Shown here: piece by piece, positions 13,387 to 31,005 of the stretch
Numbering within the stretch: position 1 is the stretch's first letter
How the letters are laid out: every line of letters begins with the position of its first letter
Assembly: GCA_964016885.1 (NCBI GenBank)
Contig: OZ024742.1
Span: 179,180,001 to 179,244,000, forward strand
Reading direction: 5' to 3'
Length of the DNA stretch: 64,000 nucleotides
From: Eledone cirrhosa
Taxonomy: Eukaryota
Translations under genes and position numbers: made by a program
The notes under the pieces: generated by a model
What the model saw: only the letters and a program-made list of their open reading frames with translations
What the model was told of the DNA's origin: nothing
Databases searched by the model: none

Positions 13387-14462
13387 ATTTATTAATGAAT
13401 GAACACTTATATGACCTCCTTTTCAACCCAAGAGACATACAGATACATATGCAAACATTGTTGCTTAGTGGGTCGACATCCATTATAACATTTAGTGTGG
13501 CAGTATACATTTAGAGATTACATTCATATTAAAAGAGGATACAATCAAAAATTCAGGTTAAAATACAACATGAAATTAATGCGAAAGGATAGTCATAAGC
13601 AGTTATTGAGTGCAATAGTTACACATGTGGCAAGCACGTGTGTCTTGTTTATATAATGCTATAGTGCAGCAGAGTGTTACATGTAATAGAAGCACTTAAA
13701 CGGGTGATCAAGAGTGTTAAGGGGGTTGAACTGGTAGTGAATCCTTTATATAAATGTTATGGAAGCCTGTGCGTGGAGAAATAATATAAACATTAAAAAT
13801 ATTGGAAATGCGTAGCAAAGCGATGATATGGATTTCATGTACAGCACCATTTTCATAGTCCGGGGAGCGTATTATTCAGATTATGTGCCCCTCACATAAT
13901 CCACGACGATTCGATATTGGGCGTTTGACGAATATCGAATCGTCGTGGATTATGTGAGGGGCATATAATCTGAATAATACGCTCCCCGGACTGTGAAAAT
14001 GGTGCTGTACATGAAATCCATATCATCGCTTTGCTACGCATTTCCAATATTTTTAATGTTTATATTATTTCTCCACGCACAGGCTTCCATAACATTTATA
14101 TAAAGGATTCACTACCAGTTCAACCCCCTTAACACTCTTGATCACCCGTTTAAGTGCTTCTATTACATGTAACACTCTGCCGCACTATAGCATTATATAA
14201 ACAAGACACACGTGCTTGCCACACGTGTAACTATTGCACTCAATAACTGCTTATGACTATCCTATCGCATTAATTTTATGTTGTATTTTAACCTGAATTT
14301 TTGATTTTATCCTCTTTTAATATGAATGTAATCTCTAAATGTATACTGCCACACTAAATGTTATAATGGATGTCGACCCACCAAGCAACAATGTTTGCAT
14401 ATGTATTTGTACGTCTCTTGGGTTGAAAAGGAGGTCATATATGTGTTCATTCATTAATAAAT

Positions 14463-14509
14463 TGCTCCGAAGAATCCAAACCTCGGTTTGGAGGAAACAA
14501 CTGTAAGCA
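14463..14509 (+). ncRNA. Hammerhead family B (CCGAAGA core)
   Basis: tgct CCGAAGA a tccaaac-ctcg-gtttgga g GAAA caactg TA agca. Confidence 0.7.
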
Positions 14510-15429
14510 TATAAATGATTTGAACAGAACTTTGATTCTTATAACTTATACATATATATATATATGAAGTTTATAGAAAATGTAGGAAGCTGACGCAGAA
14601 AATAACTAAATACGTTGGCTGCTATAAATAGCTTTGAAAACCGAGTAAAGACCCCTTAGAGACCGGAAAATGTGTAAAGTGGCCGCTACGAAGAGTGGAA
14701 CATCATATTTTACAGATACAGACTCACTACTCTAAATATTTATAGCAACAAACTGTAATTGCAATTATTTTTGTGTCTGACTTTCTTATAATTTCATAAT
14801 CACCCAGCGCCCCAGCGCTTCGAAAATTTGAACTTAATAGATGTATTATATATTCAATGTGGTGCAGTGATCGTTGAGAACATTTTGAGGATATTTCGCT
14901 TCTATTTCCAGCAGGTGTTTTGCCAGAGTCTTAGAGTGTATAACAATATATTTTGCAGTATTTGTTCCGCCTCTCTGTACTCAGAGTACAAATCCAGCTG
15001 AGTACAACTTAGCATTTCATTCTTTATACGTCTATAAAATAACTTACTATACCAGTAGCTGAGCATTCCACAGACACGTGTACCCCTAACCTACTTCTCA
15101 AAAAGATTCGGAATGACACAGTATGCGTCAAGACTGATGCTTTGAATTACAGGTACGACTCATTTTTGCCAGCCAAGTGGACTGGGACAATACGAAATTA
15201 GGTGTCATGTTTAAGGACACATCGCACCGGCGGGAATCGAATTCGCGATAGTAAGTCGTGAGAAGAATACATCAATTAGTAAGTTACGTGCCTCTGAATA
15301 AACAGTAAAAAAGAAATGAAAGAAAATTAAATCACAGAGAGGCTCCTCACAATGCCTTATGGTATGAGATCTTGCTTGGATGTGTTGAGAGCATCCTTAA
15401 ATCCATTTTTAAGAGTTGTGTATTGCTAG

Positions 15430-15640
15430 TATTGGTAGGGCGTTGGGCAACATGCTTTGCGGTATATAGTTTCTGCCCTTTACGTGCTGAGTTTAAATCC
15501 TGCTGAACCGAGGTTGGCTTTGATTTTCGTCCTTACGGGATCGAGATTAAATAAAGTACCAGTAACGCACTTGGGTAGAGGTAATCGACTCCCCCCCCCC
15601 CACAAATTGTTGGCCTTGTGCCTAAATCAGAAATCATTAT
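15430..15640 (+). mobile_element. Diverged tRNA-derived Meta-like SINE
   Basis: gagtttaaatcc B-box-like; tccttacgggatcga...aaagtaccagt...ggccttgtgcc. Confidence 0.65.
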
Positions 15641-18277
15641 TAAGAGTTGTGATTAATATTAATGTTTTACCTGAACTGTTATGCTTTCATTAGTTGATCC
15701 TCGACTTTTTAAGCATTGACCTGGGCACGAACTCTCTTTGTCACGGCTAAAATAGAATTCAGTACCAGCCATACTAACTGTGGTATTGTTTAGATTCGCA
15801 CCCCTTCCAAAAACCTGTCTATTCGAATCAGATTTTAGAACTGAAAATACAAAAAAAAAAAAAAGAAGAAAAATATTGATTTATTTAATAACGAAGTACA
15901 AAGATTGTATAATATACTAACACCAGTGTGGTCGAAGTGGCTAAGAATCTCGCCTTCACTATCTCGATATTCCGGGTTCGATCCCACTGCATATATAATC
16001 CCACAAGGCGGAAGTTGTGTGGAGGGCCATCGGTTGAATTGTACCTGTAATTCAAAGTGTCAGACTTGTGATACACTGTGTCGAGCCAAATCTTCCCGAG
16101 AATTATGTTAAGGATATAGATGTCTGTTGAATATTCAGCAACGTATACTATAATACAAAATGGATTGCACATTTAATTCAAAAAGTCAGTCTTCTCACAC
16201 ACTCGGTCAATCTGATTCTCTCTATGAATTACGCTAAGGTTATACATATCTGTAAAATACCTAGGCTGGCACCTTATTTATCAACCCCGAGAGGTTAGGA
16301 GGCAAAGTTGATCCCTGCAGAGAGCCAGAATAAATATGAAGCCATATACTCCAACGCTTTGTCACCCAAAAGGACCTTAATGCTTAGACTACTTGAATGG
16401 CTGTAGGATGCGTGATTTGAGGGTTGTGGGTTTGTTATTTCATATAATCCATTAGCCTCTTCGGGTTTATCCCACAAATAAACCCTCTTAATTTTTATAA
16501 CATCACGCTTAGATATCTTCAAATCTTTATATTTCTATACCCATTTCTATGCTGGAGAATGGATCAATAGTAAAATATTCAAAAGAACAATCCGACTATC
16601 TACATGACCCTCTTTAGTTTTAATCCACTAGACACATCTGATTCAATTACACATTATGATAAATAATTCTTCAACTTTCCATACATATTTATATATAGAG
16701 TTGTTTGTTTATATTTCCCCCTCCTTCCTTAGTCATATACTTTGTAAATCTTTCCCATTCTTTATCTATTTGTCCTTCACTTTCGCTCTCTGACCACCTA
16801 AGGGAAATAACTTTCTCCTAACAATAATTATATATAAGGAGTAAAGCCCTCTACATCTTTTTTTACTCAAAACGCTGGAAACCCATATAACTACGGAATA
16901 GTTATAAACTTAAGTTTATAATCTAATCATTTCTTGGCATAAGCTTAGCATGAAATTCTTTACGATGTATTATCACTACCGGACTATATGATTGCACACA
17001 CACACACACACACACACATACACACACATATACATATATATATATGTGTGTCTGTATAAATATATATACATACATATATATGCATATATATACATAAAAC
17101 ATACATACAAATATAAAGATATGGGGTGTCTATGTGTATGTGTGTATATGTGTGTATGTGCACGTGTATGTGCACGTGTGTTAGTGTGCGTGGTTTATGT
17201 CTGTGTGTAATCATTAAAATCTAAAACGTTATCCCTGTGGGCCTACTACTGCTCGCTTGACGTAGAAACTTTTAACAAATTATATTTTAACAATTGTCTT
17301 GTTTCTCACAGTGCATATTGGCGTTGGCAGTTATAACAAATTGCCGGAGTCAAGGATATATCACTGTGCCTTTAGCGAGTATGAAATACTACACAACGTC
17401 AAGAATGTGTTAGTATACATAAGAAAAAATAATTTATTAATATTTGTTACTGGCTCCTGTAAGACGGAATCAAGAAAAATCATTCTCAACAATTTCACTT
17501 CGCCGATACTTTTTATGCGTCTAGTCAGATTTCTCTGCCCTAGCGGTTAGGCTGTTGGTATCATAATCATAACTGAGGTCACCTTACATTTTTCCCTTCT
17601 CGTCCTCTCTGTCACCATTGTCGATGACCCTTAACCTTCCCGTCCTCTCTGTCATCCTTGACGGTGGCCTTTAAAAGTGTCTAAGGCACTGCTTTTATCA
17701 CTATAACTAAACAGTTAAAAAACCCTTGGCCAAACTTGGTCAAATTTGCTTTTCATCCTTACGGTGTTAATATGAGTAACAGGATAAGTATTGGAAAGCA
17801 ATTCAAATTCTCCGATTCTAGCGTCTGGTTGATCAATGCCTTGTGAATCAAATTTGGGAGACGGAACTCTTTGGAAACCTGTGTGCATGTTTACGGTTTG
17901 TTTACATCCAATAACTTAACAACTTAGTGGCTCACCAAAAAGAAATCGATAAGTCTTAATCTTTTAAAAAGTAAATCTTGGAGTCGATGTGATTGACTAA
18001 ATTCGTCAAAAGCAGTATTACAGCATGGTCGTAATCTAATGACTGAAATCAGTAAAAGAAATAAAGAATTATATCTACAAAATGCAGTTGTTTGAAAATG
18101 TCTAGAAATTCCCAAACTCTAGAGTAGATTGATGGAACTGTCCAGCAAATCGATTGAATTTTTGAGGCAAAGCCTAACATATGTATAAGAAATGTAAATA
18201 CATAAAGTGATAAAATGATATAAAATACAATACTTATACAGGTTTCTTATTTACCCACACACACACACACATATATA

Positions 18278-18311
<34 letters not shown>

Positions 18312-18344
18312 CATACTGTCGTCGTTTTTGTAGCAGTTTTAATT

Positions 18345-18530
18345 AATTATTTCTACTTTTAGCACAAGGCCAGCAATTATCCCAATGCATTACTGGTACT
18401 TTATTTTATCGACCCCATAAGGATGAAAGGCAATGTTAACCTCGGCGGGATTTGAACTCAGACGATAAAGGGCCGTAACTCTGTGCTGCAAAGCATGGCA
18501 TCCGACCCTCTACTGATACTGCCAATGGAG
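18345..18530 (-). mobile_element. tRNA-derived Meta-like SINE
   Basis: Matches the family consensus on the reverse strand. Confidence 0.85.
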
Positions 18531-19440
18531 GTAAGCTTGCTAGCCTCGCATTCTATGCCTTCGTAATTCACATCACAGGCTGAAAACTAATCTAGAGTTT
18601 CGAATTCAAGTTTGGGGGTGCGCATAACTAAGTGATACTGTCAGCCGGAGCCAGCTAAACTTGAGAATCCAATCACTTCACTCTGTTTTCAAAGGAACAG
18701 TAGATAACGCTATGTCCAGTATTGAAATTATGTTTCAATAAATCGTTTCAATTTACTATCAAGGATATATATAATTTGTCTTTATTGTCTATTTTATATT
18801 ATTTTTACTAATTTATTTATTCTTTTATTCTCTTGCAGGTTTCAGTCATTAAAGAGCGGCCATACTGAGGCACCGTATTGAAAGGGCTTAGTACATCATA
18901 TCGACGCCAGAAGAATCTTTTTTAACCCTGATGCATATTTTATCGATATGCTTTTGTCGAACCACTAGTAAAAACCAACAGCGATGTGAAGACATACACA
19001 CACACGCACACATATGTATATATGTATGTGTGTGTTTAACGGGCATCTATACAGTTTCCCTCTACATTTTACTCACAGGACATTCGTCAGTTCGAGGCTA
19101 TAGTAGACGACACTTACCCAAGGTTACTCGCAATAGGACTTAAACCGAAGCAATACTTTGGTGAAGTAAACTCCTTAACCATACAGCCATTTACTTATTT
19201 CTTTTGTGCATGTCTGGGGTTGATGGTTAAAAACCGTGGAATGACGAAAATCTACGGGTTTCATTTGTTGTAAATTCCCGTATTCTTTACTATTTCTTAG
19301 AAAAGTGACGCCTGAAATATTAATGAGCCTTCAAAAATACGACGAACAAGAAAACCCTAGATGTAGTATGTGAACGGATTCAGTAAAACGTGATTGGACT
19401 TCCGTTGTAAAACTGAAATTCATGCAGATAAACATACAGA

Positions 19441-19512
<72 letters not shown>

Positions 19513-20489
19513 CACGCACACACGCACACACACACACACACACATACACACACGCACACACGCACACACACACACACACAATTGTACGTACATACACACT
19601 TACATACGTACATACATACATACAAACACACATATATACATATATACTAAGGAATGTAGTTTTTTTGTTTTTGTTTGCATGAAAGGAGCATTGTTATATA
19701 TCCTACAGTTTTTCGTAAGTCAGCAATCTTTTTTTCTATTTTAGTAATAAATGATGGTATTTTTGTTGGCGTTTTGTTCTTGTTAACATCTCTGTTATCA
19801 CCAAGATTCGCTGTTGTTGCCAGGGCATATAATCAGACGTTGATCTGCCAGAATGTTTGGGTTTTAATTCATCGTAAATATTCACCTCCAATTTCATCAA
19901 TAGCACGCAGGATTTTATTATTTGGTTTCATTTTGTTTAGTAATGTTGTTTTATTACGTTTAGCGAGAGAAATATTTATATAATTTCTCTCTGGAAGGTT
20001 TCTCTGAGGGTAAGTTTCAATTGTATATACTCTTGATTTTCCAAGCTAATGGCAGATGTATTATTATTAACAGTGTTTTCCACTGTCTGTCTGTTTGTCT
20101 GTATGTCTGCCTGACTCTCTGTCCGCCTGCCAGCCTGCCTGTCTGTCTCTATCCATCCATCCATACCTCCTGATAGAGCCATGGGGGAACTGTAGTGACA
20201 TACAGCGTTTCTTGGGCATGTTTTAAACATGGTCGTATCTATCTCACCACGTCTGAACATAGCAGATTCCTTCACAAGAAACAGAGAGAGAGAAAGTGAT
20301 AGAGAGGAGGGAGAAAGAGATATGTGAAAATACAGGACTTCTTTTATTGACGTCGAATGGATGAAAGGCAAAGTTGTCCTCGACAAAGATTTGAAATCAG
20401 AACTCAGAGAGCCGGAACGACTACCGCAAAACATTTTATCCGACGTTCTAACAACTCTGGAAATTTGCAGCCTGTTACTTAACATCAAC

Positions 20490-20675
20490 ATAATTGTTTC
20501 TACTTTAGGCACAAGGCCAGCAATTACCCAGTGCATTACTGGTACTTTATTTTATCGACCCCGTAAGGATGAAAGGCAAAGTCAACCTCGGCGGGATTTG
20601 AACTCAGATCGTAAAGGGACGTAACTATGCTGGAAAGCATGGCGTCCGACCCTCTACCGATACTGCCAATCCACT
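20490..20675 (-). mobile_element. tRNA-derived Meta-like SINE
   Basis: Matches the family consensus; an older related copy lies at about 20180-20470. Confidence 0.85.
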
Positions 20676-21138
20676 ATCTTCCCATTCTACCTTTTGTAAT
20701 GATTATATATATATTTTTAAGCACGAGATTCTGCAATGATTGGTGATATGTGTTACATTCAAAGTCCCGAGAGGGGTTTTAATTTGAAATTGACTTTGAA
20801 CAAGCAACAATAAAGCCCAACATGTATGTATGTGCATGCATGCATGCATGTAGGCCCTCGTGCACTGCAAGCAGAGCGTTGAACTGGTTTCGTAGTGTGA
20901 AGCGACTGAGAACAAGACAGGACGCCAGGTTAAACCCTCAGCTATTGCTGGTACTCATTTTCAGCTGACTATAGTGAAGCAACATGAAATGAAGTGTTTT
21001 GCTCATTATGCAAGCCAGCCTAGAAATCGAACCCACCACATTACGATCTTACCACTAGGCCATGTGCCTTCACACACATACAAACAAACACACATACACA
21101 AACACACACAAAAACACGCACACACACAGACACAAAGG

Positions 21139-21215
<77 letters not shown>

Positions 21216-21236
21216 GTATATATATATATATATATG

Positions 21237-21267
<31 letters not shown>

Positions 21268-22225
21268 GTAGATAAATCTACCAAGAGTTTACGGTAGTGT
21301 CCAATCCGTATGAAGAACTCAATGTAATCCGGATATCATGGAAAGAAGAGATGCAATGAAAAATCACTTTCGGTGAAAGATAAACGGAATACAGAGTCAA
21401 GATAAAATATTAAAAAAAATAACAAAAAAAGTTCATTATTTAACGATCGTTTCTAGGATATATATGTGTTAGAATTGGCATGCATATTCAACAGATCTAT
21501 GTACAAAATTATACAAAATTATACAAACTATCAAAATTAAATATACATACCAACACATATATATGCCGTCTTCAGAAATAATGAAATATATTTATTGATA
21601 ATAACAACAATTCAAAATTACAGGTCTGTTTGGGAACAGAGTTCAAATTGACCAATGAAAACACAAAAAGTTTATACAGTTAAGTGTGTGTATATATGTA
21701 AGTAACTTCGTTCACAGATATGCATAAAAATATATGTTCACATGCATACGCATGCCGAAAAGATGTATGTAAATACAAAAATTCAGGGCTAATGTCTCTG
21801 TATGTTTATAATCTACAGATAAAATACATATACGCATATAAACATATAAATATAAAAATAAATATATACACATTCATATACTCACACATATACATACATT
21901 CACACACACACGCGCGTATACGCATAAACATACACACAACCACGAACATACATACACACACACACCCCCACACACATATATGTGTATATACTATTATCAT
22001 AAGCATATGGACATTAGTGCGCGCACATAAACACTGCCACACATATTTAGATCCAGATACAGAAAGTAGGTGGGGGGGGGAGAGGTCAGTATTTACTGGT
22101 GTCAGCAAACTGCCTATTTATAAATGTATCTATAAATTTAGAAATAAAAAGAAAAAGAAAAAAGAAAAATATTAAGAAAATATATATATATATATAAACA
22201 AGTAAAATATAAAATATACATCGAT

Positions 22226-22445
<220 letters not shown>

Positions 22446-22456
22446 GTATATATCTA

Positions 22457-22487
<31 letters not shown>

Positions 22488-22689
22488 ATATATATATATA
22501 TAAAGGAGAAAATTGAGATTGTGTAACACTCAACTTATCAGATAGGCAGTATATGGTTAGCTCAATGTCTGAAGACAGAGCCGTAATACAATTAACAACA
22601 AAGAGCGCTTAGAACATAGGTATATCTTTAATTGCTGACATATATATATATATGTATATATATATATTGTTATACTTTCGGAGGATATA

Positions 22690-24848
<2,159 letters not shown>

Positions 24849-24849
<1 letters not shown>

Positions 24850-25565
24850 GGTGGCGACAGCATGTAGACGATTCGCTGGCTGGATCTTGAGGACTTTCCT
24901 TACAAGAGATCGAGACACCATGTTGACACTGTGGAGGACTTTTGTCCTAAGCCGCCTGGACTAGTGCTCCCAGCTGTGGTCACCCCATAGTGTCGAACTA
25001 ACCACGGAGCTTGAGGCAATCCAGCGAAGCAACACCAAGAGGATTGCCAAGATTTGGGAGACAAGCTACTGGGATAGGCTGAAGGAACTGAACCTCTACT
25101 CCTTGGAACGAAGACGGGAGAGATACGCAGTGATCTACATGTGGAAAATCCTGGAGGGACTAGCACCAAACTTTGGCATTGGGAGCTGGACCAACCGTCG
25201 AACAGGACGTCACTGTGTGGTGCCAAAGGTCCCGTCTTCCACATCTAGAATAAGGAGCAGGTATTGCAATAGCCTGGGATTCAAGGGCCCTCAACTCTTC
25301 AACAGGCTGCCGAGGCATCTGCGAGACTTGCATGACGTGGAGGTGGATGTCTTTAAGAGACATCTCGACACCTTGTTATCCAGGATCCCGGATGAGCCCA
25401 CAGCAAGACACGAGGGAAACCTAAGGGCAGCAGCAACAAACTCCCTCCTACACCAGTGCCAACCTATACAGGCTGGAGATAAAATGTGTAGCAACAAGGG
25501 CGGTGCCCCAGCATGGCCTCAGCCGGATGGCTTAAACAGGTAAAAGAGTAAAAGAGTAAAAGAGT
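24849..25565 (+). mobile_element. 5'-truncated CR1-group LINE (RT thumb/C-terminus) with (GAGTAAAA)n tail
   Basis: [68 protein letters not shown]; one in-frame stop; tail gtaaaagagtaaaagagtaaaagag. Confidence 0.85.
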
Positions 25566-25570
25566 ATATA

Positions 25571-25641
<71 letters not shown>

Positions 25642-25666
25642 GTGTATATATATATATGTATATATA

Positions 25667-25920
25667 GTTAAAAGAATAGAGGTGTAACACACAAGTTATT
25701 ATATATTGGTAAACGGAATAGAAAATGCTGACAAATTGGTCACAGTTGAAAAATGGTTTAATTAGAATAAAAGAGTATTAGTAATTGTATGGGTTAGTAT
25801 TCAGTTGTGGTTTTAAGTTTTTAAGTTTTTACCGGTTGCGCATTTCTAAATGCTTTTCAAAAATAATTTTGAGATAGAGTGTCCGTGTTGTTTGAACACG
25901 GACACTCTATCTCAAAATAT
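25667..25920. mobile_element. Probable PLE terminus relic ending in a hairpin
   Basis: Similar to 46225-46440; ttttgagatagagtgtccgtgtt / aacacggacactctatctcaaaa hairpin at 25868-25917; flanked by TA repeats. Confidence 0.55.
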
Positions 25921-26007
25921 ATGTGAATATATATATATATATATGTATATGTGTATATATATATATATGTGTATATATATGTATATATATATATATATGT
26001 GTGTATA

Positions 26008-26056
<49 letters not shown>

Positions 26057-26228
26057 GTATATATATATATGTGTATATATATGTATATATATGTGTATAT
26101 ATATATGTGTATATATATGTATTATATATATATATGTGTATATATATGTATATATATATATATGTGTATATATATGTATATATATATATGTGTATATATA
26201 TGTATATATATATGTGTGTATATATATG

Positions 26229-26297
<69 letters not shown>

Positions 26298-26356
26298 GTG
26301 TATATATATATATATGTATATATATATGTATATATATATATATGTATATATATATG

Positions 26357-26387
<31 letters not shown>

Positions 26388-26428
26388 GTATATATATGTA
26401 TATATATATATATGTATATAAATATATG

Positions 26429-26497
<69 letters not shown>

Positions 26498-26498
26498 G

Positions 26499-26557
<59 letters not shown>

Positions 26558-26565
<8 letters not shown>

Positions 26566-27510
26566 ATACTTTGGGAGGGTCATGTTGCCATTAAGAAACA
26601 CACGCACCAGTTTGCTTTCACTTCAATTTATTATAATAAATTTATAAACTTAGGAATATATAAATATCCGGTTGTGCCTCCATAAAAACGCTTATTAGCA
26701 AGACATACCTTTTCAAAGAACCCGTTGTATAGATAAGAAATGTATAACCTGTAAATTAAGCCCCCATATTAACTGTAAAACTAGATATGTAGTATATAGC
26801 ATAAGATGTACTGAAGGACAATGTAGAGACAAAAATATAGTGTACATAGATGAGACAGCTCGTAGTGTAGGGGAACGGATAAATGAACACTGGCGAGACC
26901 TTCAAGATAGTAAAGAATCATCTGTACTCTACCAACATGCTAAAATAGGACATAAGGGTAAATTAGAGAACATAGAATAAAAATAGAATCTACACACAGA
27001 AAAGACGCAATGTTTAGACAAATCACAGAGGCAATAAACATAAAAGAATTACAACCAAAATTAAATAGAAAACATGAGTGGAACAGGAACATCACAACTT
27101 ACAATTAAGGACAAAATGAAAACACACACGCACATAGAACAAACAACCAACCTGTAACATGTAAATAAACAAATAAATATACGAATATAAAACACACACA
27201 CAGACACCCGGATGTGGCGCATGCGCAGACTGAGCACACAACACACACAGAGAAACAAGATGGCGTAGAACAGAACAAAGAGGAGGCACAAAAACAAAGA
27301 AAAGAATCCCCAGTCACTGAAGAGGTCACATAATGTGTGACGAAAGAACTTTGACAATATATAAACAAACATCTGGTTGTGAAACCAACCAACCAACCGG
27401 AAATTTATAAATTCCTAAATTTATAAATTTATTATAATAAATTGAAGTGAAAGTATATGGTGCGTGTGTTTCTCATTGGTAACATGACCCTCCCAAAGTA
27501 TAACAATATC

Positions 27511-27512
<2 letters not shown>
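26558..27512 (+). mobile_element. Second PLE-A-related copy: inverted pLTR + decayed GIY-YIG fragment + pLTR
   Basis: 26675-27106 aligns with 4980-5415 with stops and indels; 26558-26668 is an inverted pLTR; hammerhead at 27312-27355. Confidence 0.9.
27312..27355 (+). ncRNA. Hammerhead family A
   Basis: gtca CTGAAGA g gtcaca-taatg-tgtgac GAAA gaac TT tgac. Confidence 0.8.
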
Positions 27513-27591
<79 letters not shown>

Positions 27592-27617
27592 GTATATATG
27601 TATATATGTATATATAA

Positions 27618-27683
<66 letters not shown>

Positions 27684-27704
27684 GTATATATAAATATATA
27701 TGTT

Positions 27705-27805
<101 letters not shown>

Positions 27806-27818
27806 GTATATATACATG

Positions 27819-27855
<37 letters not shown>

Positions 27856-27892
27856 GTATATATATGTATATATTTATGTGTATATATATATG

Positions 27893-27999
<107 letters not shown>

Positions 28000-28005
28000 G
28001 TTTAC

Positions 28006-28149
<144 letters not shown>

Positions 28150-28265
28150 CGAAGGAAATGTGGTAAGGAACCAGGTGGACCATAACGCACCAAAGTACTC
28201 AATACTTAGGGTAGTAGAGTGGGTAATAGGAACCAGTAAGAACCCGACGGGGTCTTACTTGTTCC

Positions 28266-28304
<39 letters not shown>

Positions 28305-28377
28305 CTGAAGAGTCCGGTGCTCCAGATGTCCAAAGCTATCGGATATCTTAAAATGCGGACGAAACCATGGTAGAGGT
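28305..28377 (+). ncRNA. Hammerhead (family F) with extended stem II; 5' strand of stem I lost at the TA junction
   Basis: CTGAAGA gtccg...[agatgtcc/ggatatct]...cggac GAAA ccatgg TA gaggt. Confidence 0.7.
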
Positions 28378-28714
28378 AACCAAATATGTTCACTTTTCTC
28401 CTAGTTTATTTTACACCTAATTCTGTTTAGTTTACTGTATATCTGGTCTATTTATACACTCTGTCGAAATACTCGATAAATACTCCCTCGCAACCGCCGC
28501 GAAGGGCTGCTTTCGGTTATTTGTCGGAGATTTCTTCATAGAAGCCTTTATTCTTATAGCTTGGTCTAATCGATTTTTTATATGGTTAATTATGCTAATT
28601 GGGAGAGGAAACGGTATATATTTTAACTGGTGATTCTATAGACATGTTTTATGATATATAGCTCTAATTATTTAATTTATTAACTCTTCATTGAGCCACA
28701 AAGAGACCCGTTGC

Positions 28715-28770
<56 letters not shown>

Positions 28771-28906
28771 CGTTATTCCGGGTTGAGTCGGAGGTAACCA
28801 CAGTAAGTAAGGTACTCAATACATTGCTGAGTATTGCAGGGATTCCTGATGATTTCTAAAGAATGAAACAGTTCTCGTCCTGTAGAATCTCATCTATATT
28901 AAAACT
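28771..28906 (+). mobile_element. PLE terminus relic (family G): inverted tail + hammerhead
   Basis: 28771-28825 is the reverse complement of about 31052-31106; 28881-28906 matches 31013-31038. Confidence 0.7.
28840..28890 (+). ncRNA. Hammerhead (family G) with monomeric 4-bp helix III
   Basis: ggattc CTGATGA t ttc-taaa-gaa t GAAA cag-ttctcgtc-ctg TA gaatct. Confidence 0.65.
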
Positions 28907-29318
28907 ATATATATATATGTAAACCTTTATATATATATATATATACACATACATACATTTATATATATATATACACATACATACATTTATATATATATAC
29001 ATATATATATATATACACATATATATATATACACACATATTTACACAAATATATATATATATAAATATATATATAAAAATATATAATTAAATAAATACAT
29101 ACACAGATATATACATATATACATACATACACATACATATATACATATATATATATGTATGTATATATATATATATGTATATATATGTATGTATATATAT
29201 ATGTATATATATGTAAGTATATATATATGTATATATATGTATATGTATGTATATGTATGTATACATATATGTATATATATTTGTGTATATATATGTGTGT
29301 ATATATATATATATATAT

Positions 29319-29390
<72 letters not shown>

Positions 29391-29439
29391 ACACATATAT
29401 ATACATATATATATACATATATATATACATATATATATA

Positions 29440-30056
29440 TTAGAATTGGTGCTCTGAAATAGCTATATATATATATATGAATGTATATATAGTGTATTTT
29501 GCAATACACTGTATGCTTAATTAAAACCATTTCGAAGACCTTATGCTATTGTTTTAGAGTAGTGACAGACTCACTTACTTTAATTTTCAGCAAACAGGGG
29601 AGATAAAGCTGACAGGGCCCTGTTTCGATTTTTTGATGCTTATCAAAGCCAACTACTCCTCCTATTTGCTGAAATGATGGATGTTTGGATCTTATAGAAT
29701 TCTAGTAAATAATTAGGAACTGATTATACGGAGCGGTTGCCGGTCAAGCAGAAATTGAAAATTATAATTGGTGCTCTGAAATAGCTATATATGTATGAAT
29801 GTATATATAGTGTATTTTGCAATACACTGTATGCTTAATTAAAAGCATTTCAAAGACCTTATTCTATTGTTTTAGATTTCAGCAAACAGGAGGAGTAGTT
29901 TAATAAGCATCAATAAATGCGAAAACGGGCCCCGTCAGCTTTATCTCCCCTGTTTGCTGAAAATTAAAGTAAGTGTGTCTGTCACTACTCTAAAACAATA
30001 GCATAAAGTCTTCGAAATGCTTTTAATTAAGCATACAGTGTATTGCAAAATACACA

Positions 30057-30060
<4 letters not shown>
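29440..30060. mobile_element. PLE terminal relic (family E): partial tandem plus inverted copy
   Basis: 29445-29557 is repeated at 29766-29876; 29880-30055 is inverted relative to 29490-29665; related to 37590-37990. Confidence 0.75.
29607..29650 (-). ncRNA. Hammerhead with U3-A8 core (family E)
   Basis: Reverse complement: ggct TTGATAA gcat-caaaaa-atc GAAA cagggccctg TC agct. Confidence 0.7.
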
Positions 30061-30127
<67 letters not shown>

Positions 30128-30216
30128 CACATACATATACACATACATATATATATATATATGTATGTATATATATATACATATATATCTATATCTATTT
30201 ATATATATATATATAT

Positions 30217-30247
<31 letters not shown>

Positions 30248-30309
30248 CATACATATACACACACTTAATCATATATAAATACACAAATAAGTACTCATAA
30301 ATATGCGCA

Positions 30310-31005
30310 TATACAGAGGCACATAAAAACAGCTCTACAAGCAGAAAATGCAGATAGGTAAGAGGTACTCACATAACCATAGTGGCCGTATTTCAGGTTC
30401 AGGAGGGGTAGGCGTGGGGTGGGAAGGAGGTAGACGGGCTAAAAGGACGAAGTCGTTTTTAAACATCGGACATTAACACTGGCTTAAGGTATTTGAAAGT
30501 TGCAAAGTTCTTGTGCATGCAGTTCGGGCAGTGTTCAGAGAGTGTGTTCAGTAGCGGGCCCTTGGCGAATAAAATTTCATAGCTCTCTGAGATACACATG
30601 TCTGAGCCCTTGTGTCCTCCGTTGTAAGAGCACGCTTTCTGGTGTATTTTCCATTTAAGCGTGAAGGGGGTGGAGTTCCTTTTGAGGTCCCAAACATAGG
30701 AGGCGAGTGATGTCTCGTTTGATTTGTCCGGTTTCCTGAAGGAGTGGGTATGGGCACACCAACGTGTCTTAAAGTTATTGGAAGTCATGCCGATGTAAGT
30801 CTTTTTGTTATTGAAATCATCGGTGCCTGAGATGACATCGCATTTGTATACGATATCATTTGTCAGGCATTTGTTTATTTAGGCAATTACACACGGCCCC
30901 AGTCCAGGGATTAGATTCGGGTTATTTAATCTTTTAGAATTGTGGTTGGCTATATTCCTAGCTAGGTTAGGTGTGGTGGAGTAGGAGAGTCTTATTGTGT
31001 TCTTC
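30310..31005 (-). mobile_element. Decayed Naiad-like PLE, GIY-YIG region
   Basis: Reverse strand: LSYSTTPNL..CNC..IVYKCDV..YIGMTSNNFKTRW..H..SF..ETSLASYVWDLK..WKI..C..E..LLN..C.HK. Confidence 0.8.

Larger units (their letters stand above)
13143..14552. mobile_element. Large fold-back of a PLE 3' region (family B), ~625-bp arms
   Basis: About 13295-13918 is the reverse complement of 13931-14552 with few mismatches; 12-nt spacer gggcgtttgacg; hammerheads at 13340-13386 (-) and 14463-14509 (+); extra tail at 13143-13294. Confidence 0.9.

Noticed and set aside
22575-22626. CTGAAGA...GAAC hammerhead-like segment
   Set aside because: GAAA is incomplete and the stems pair poorly.
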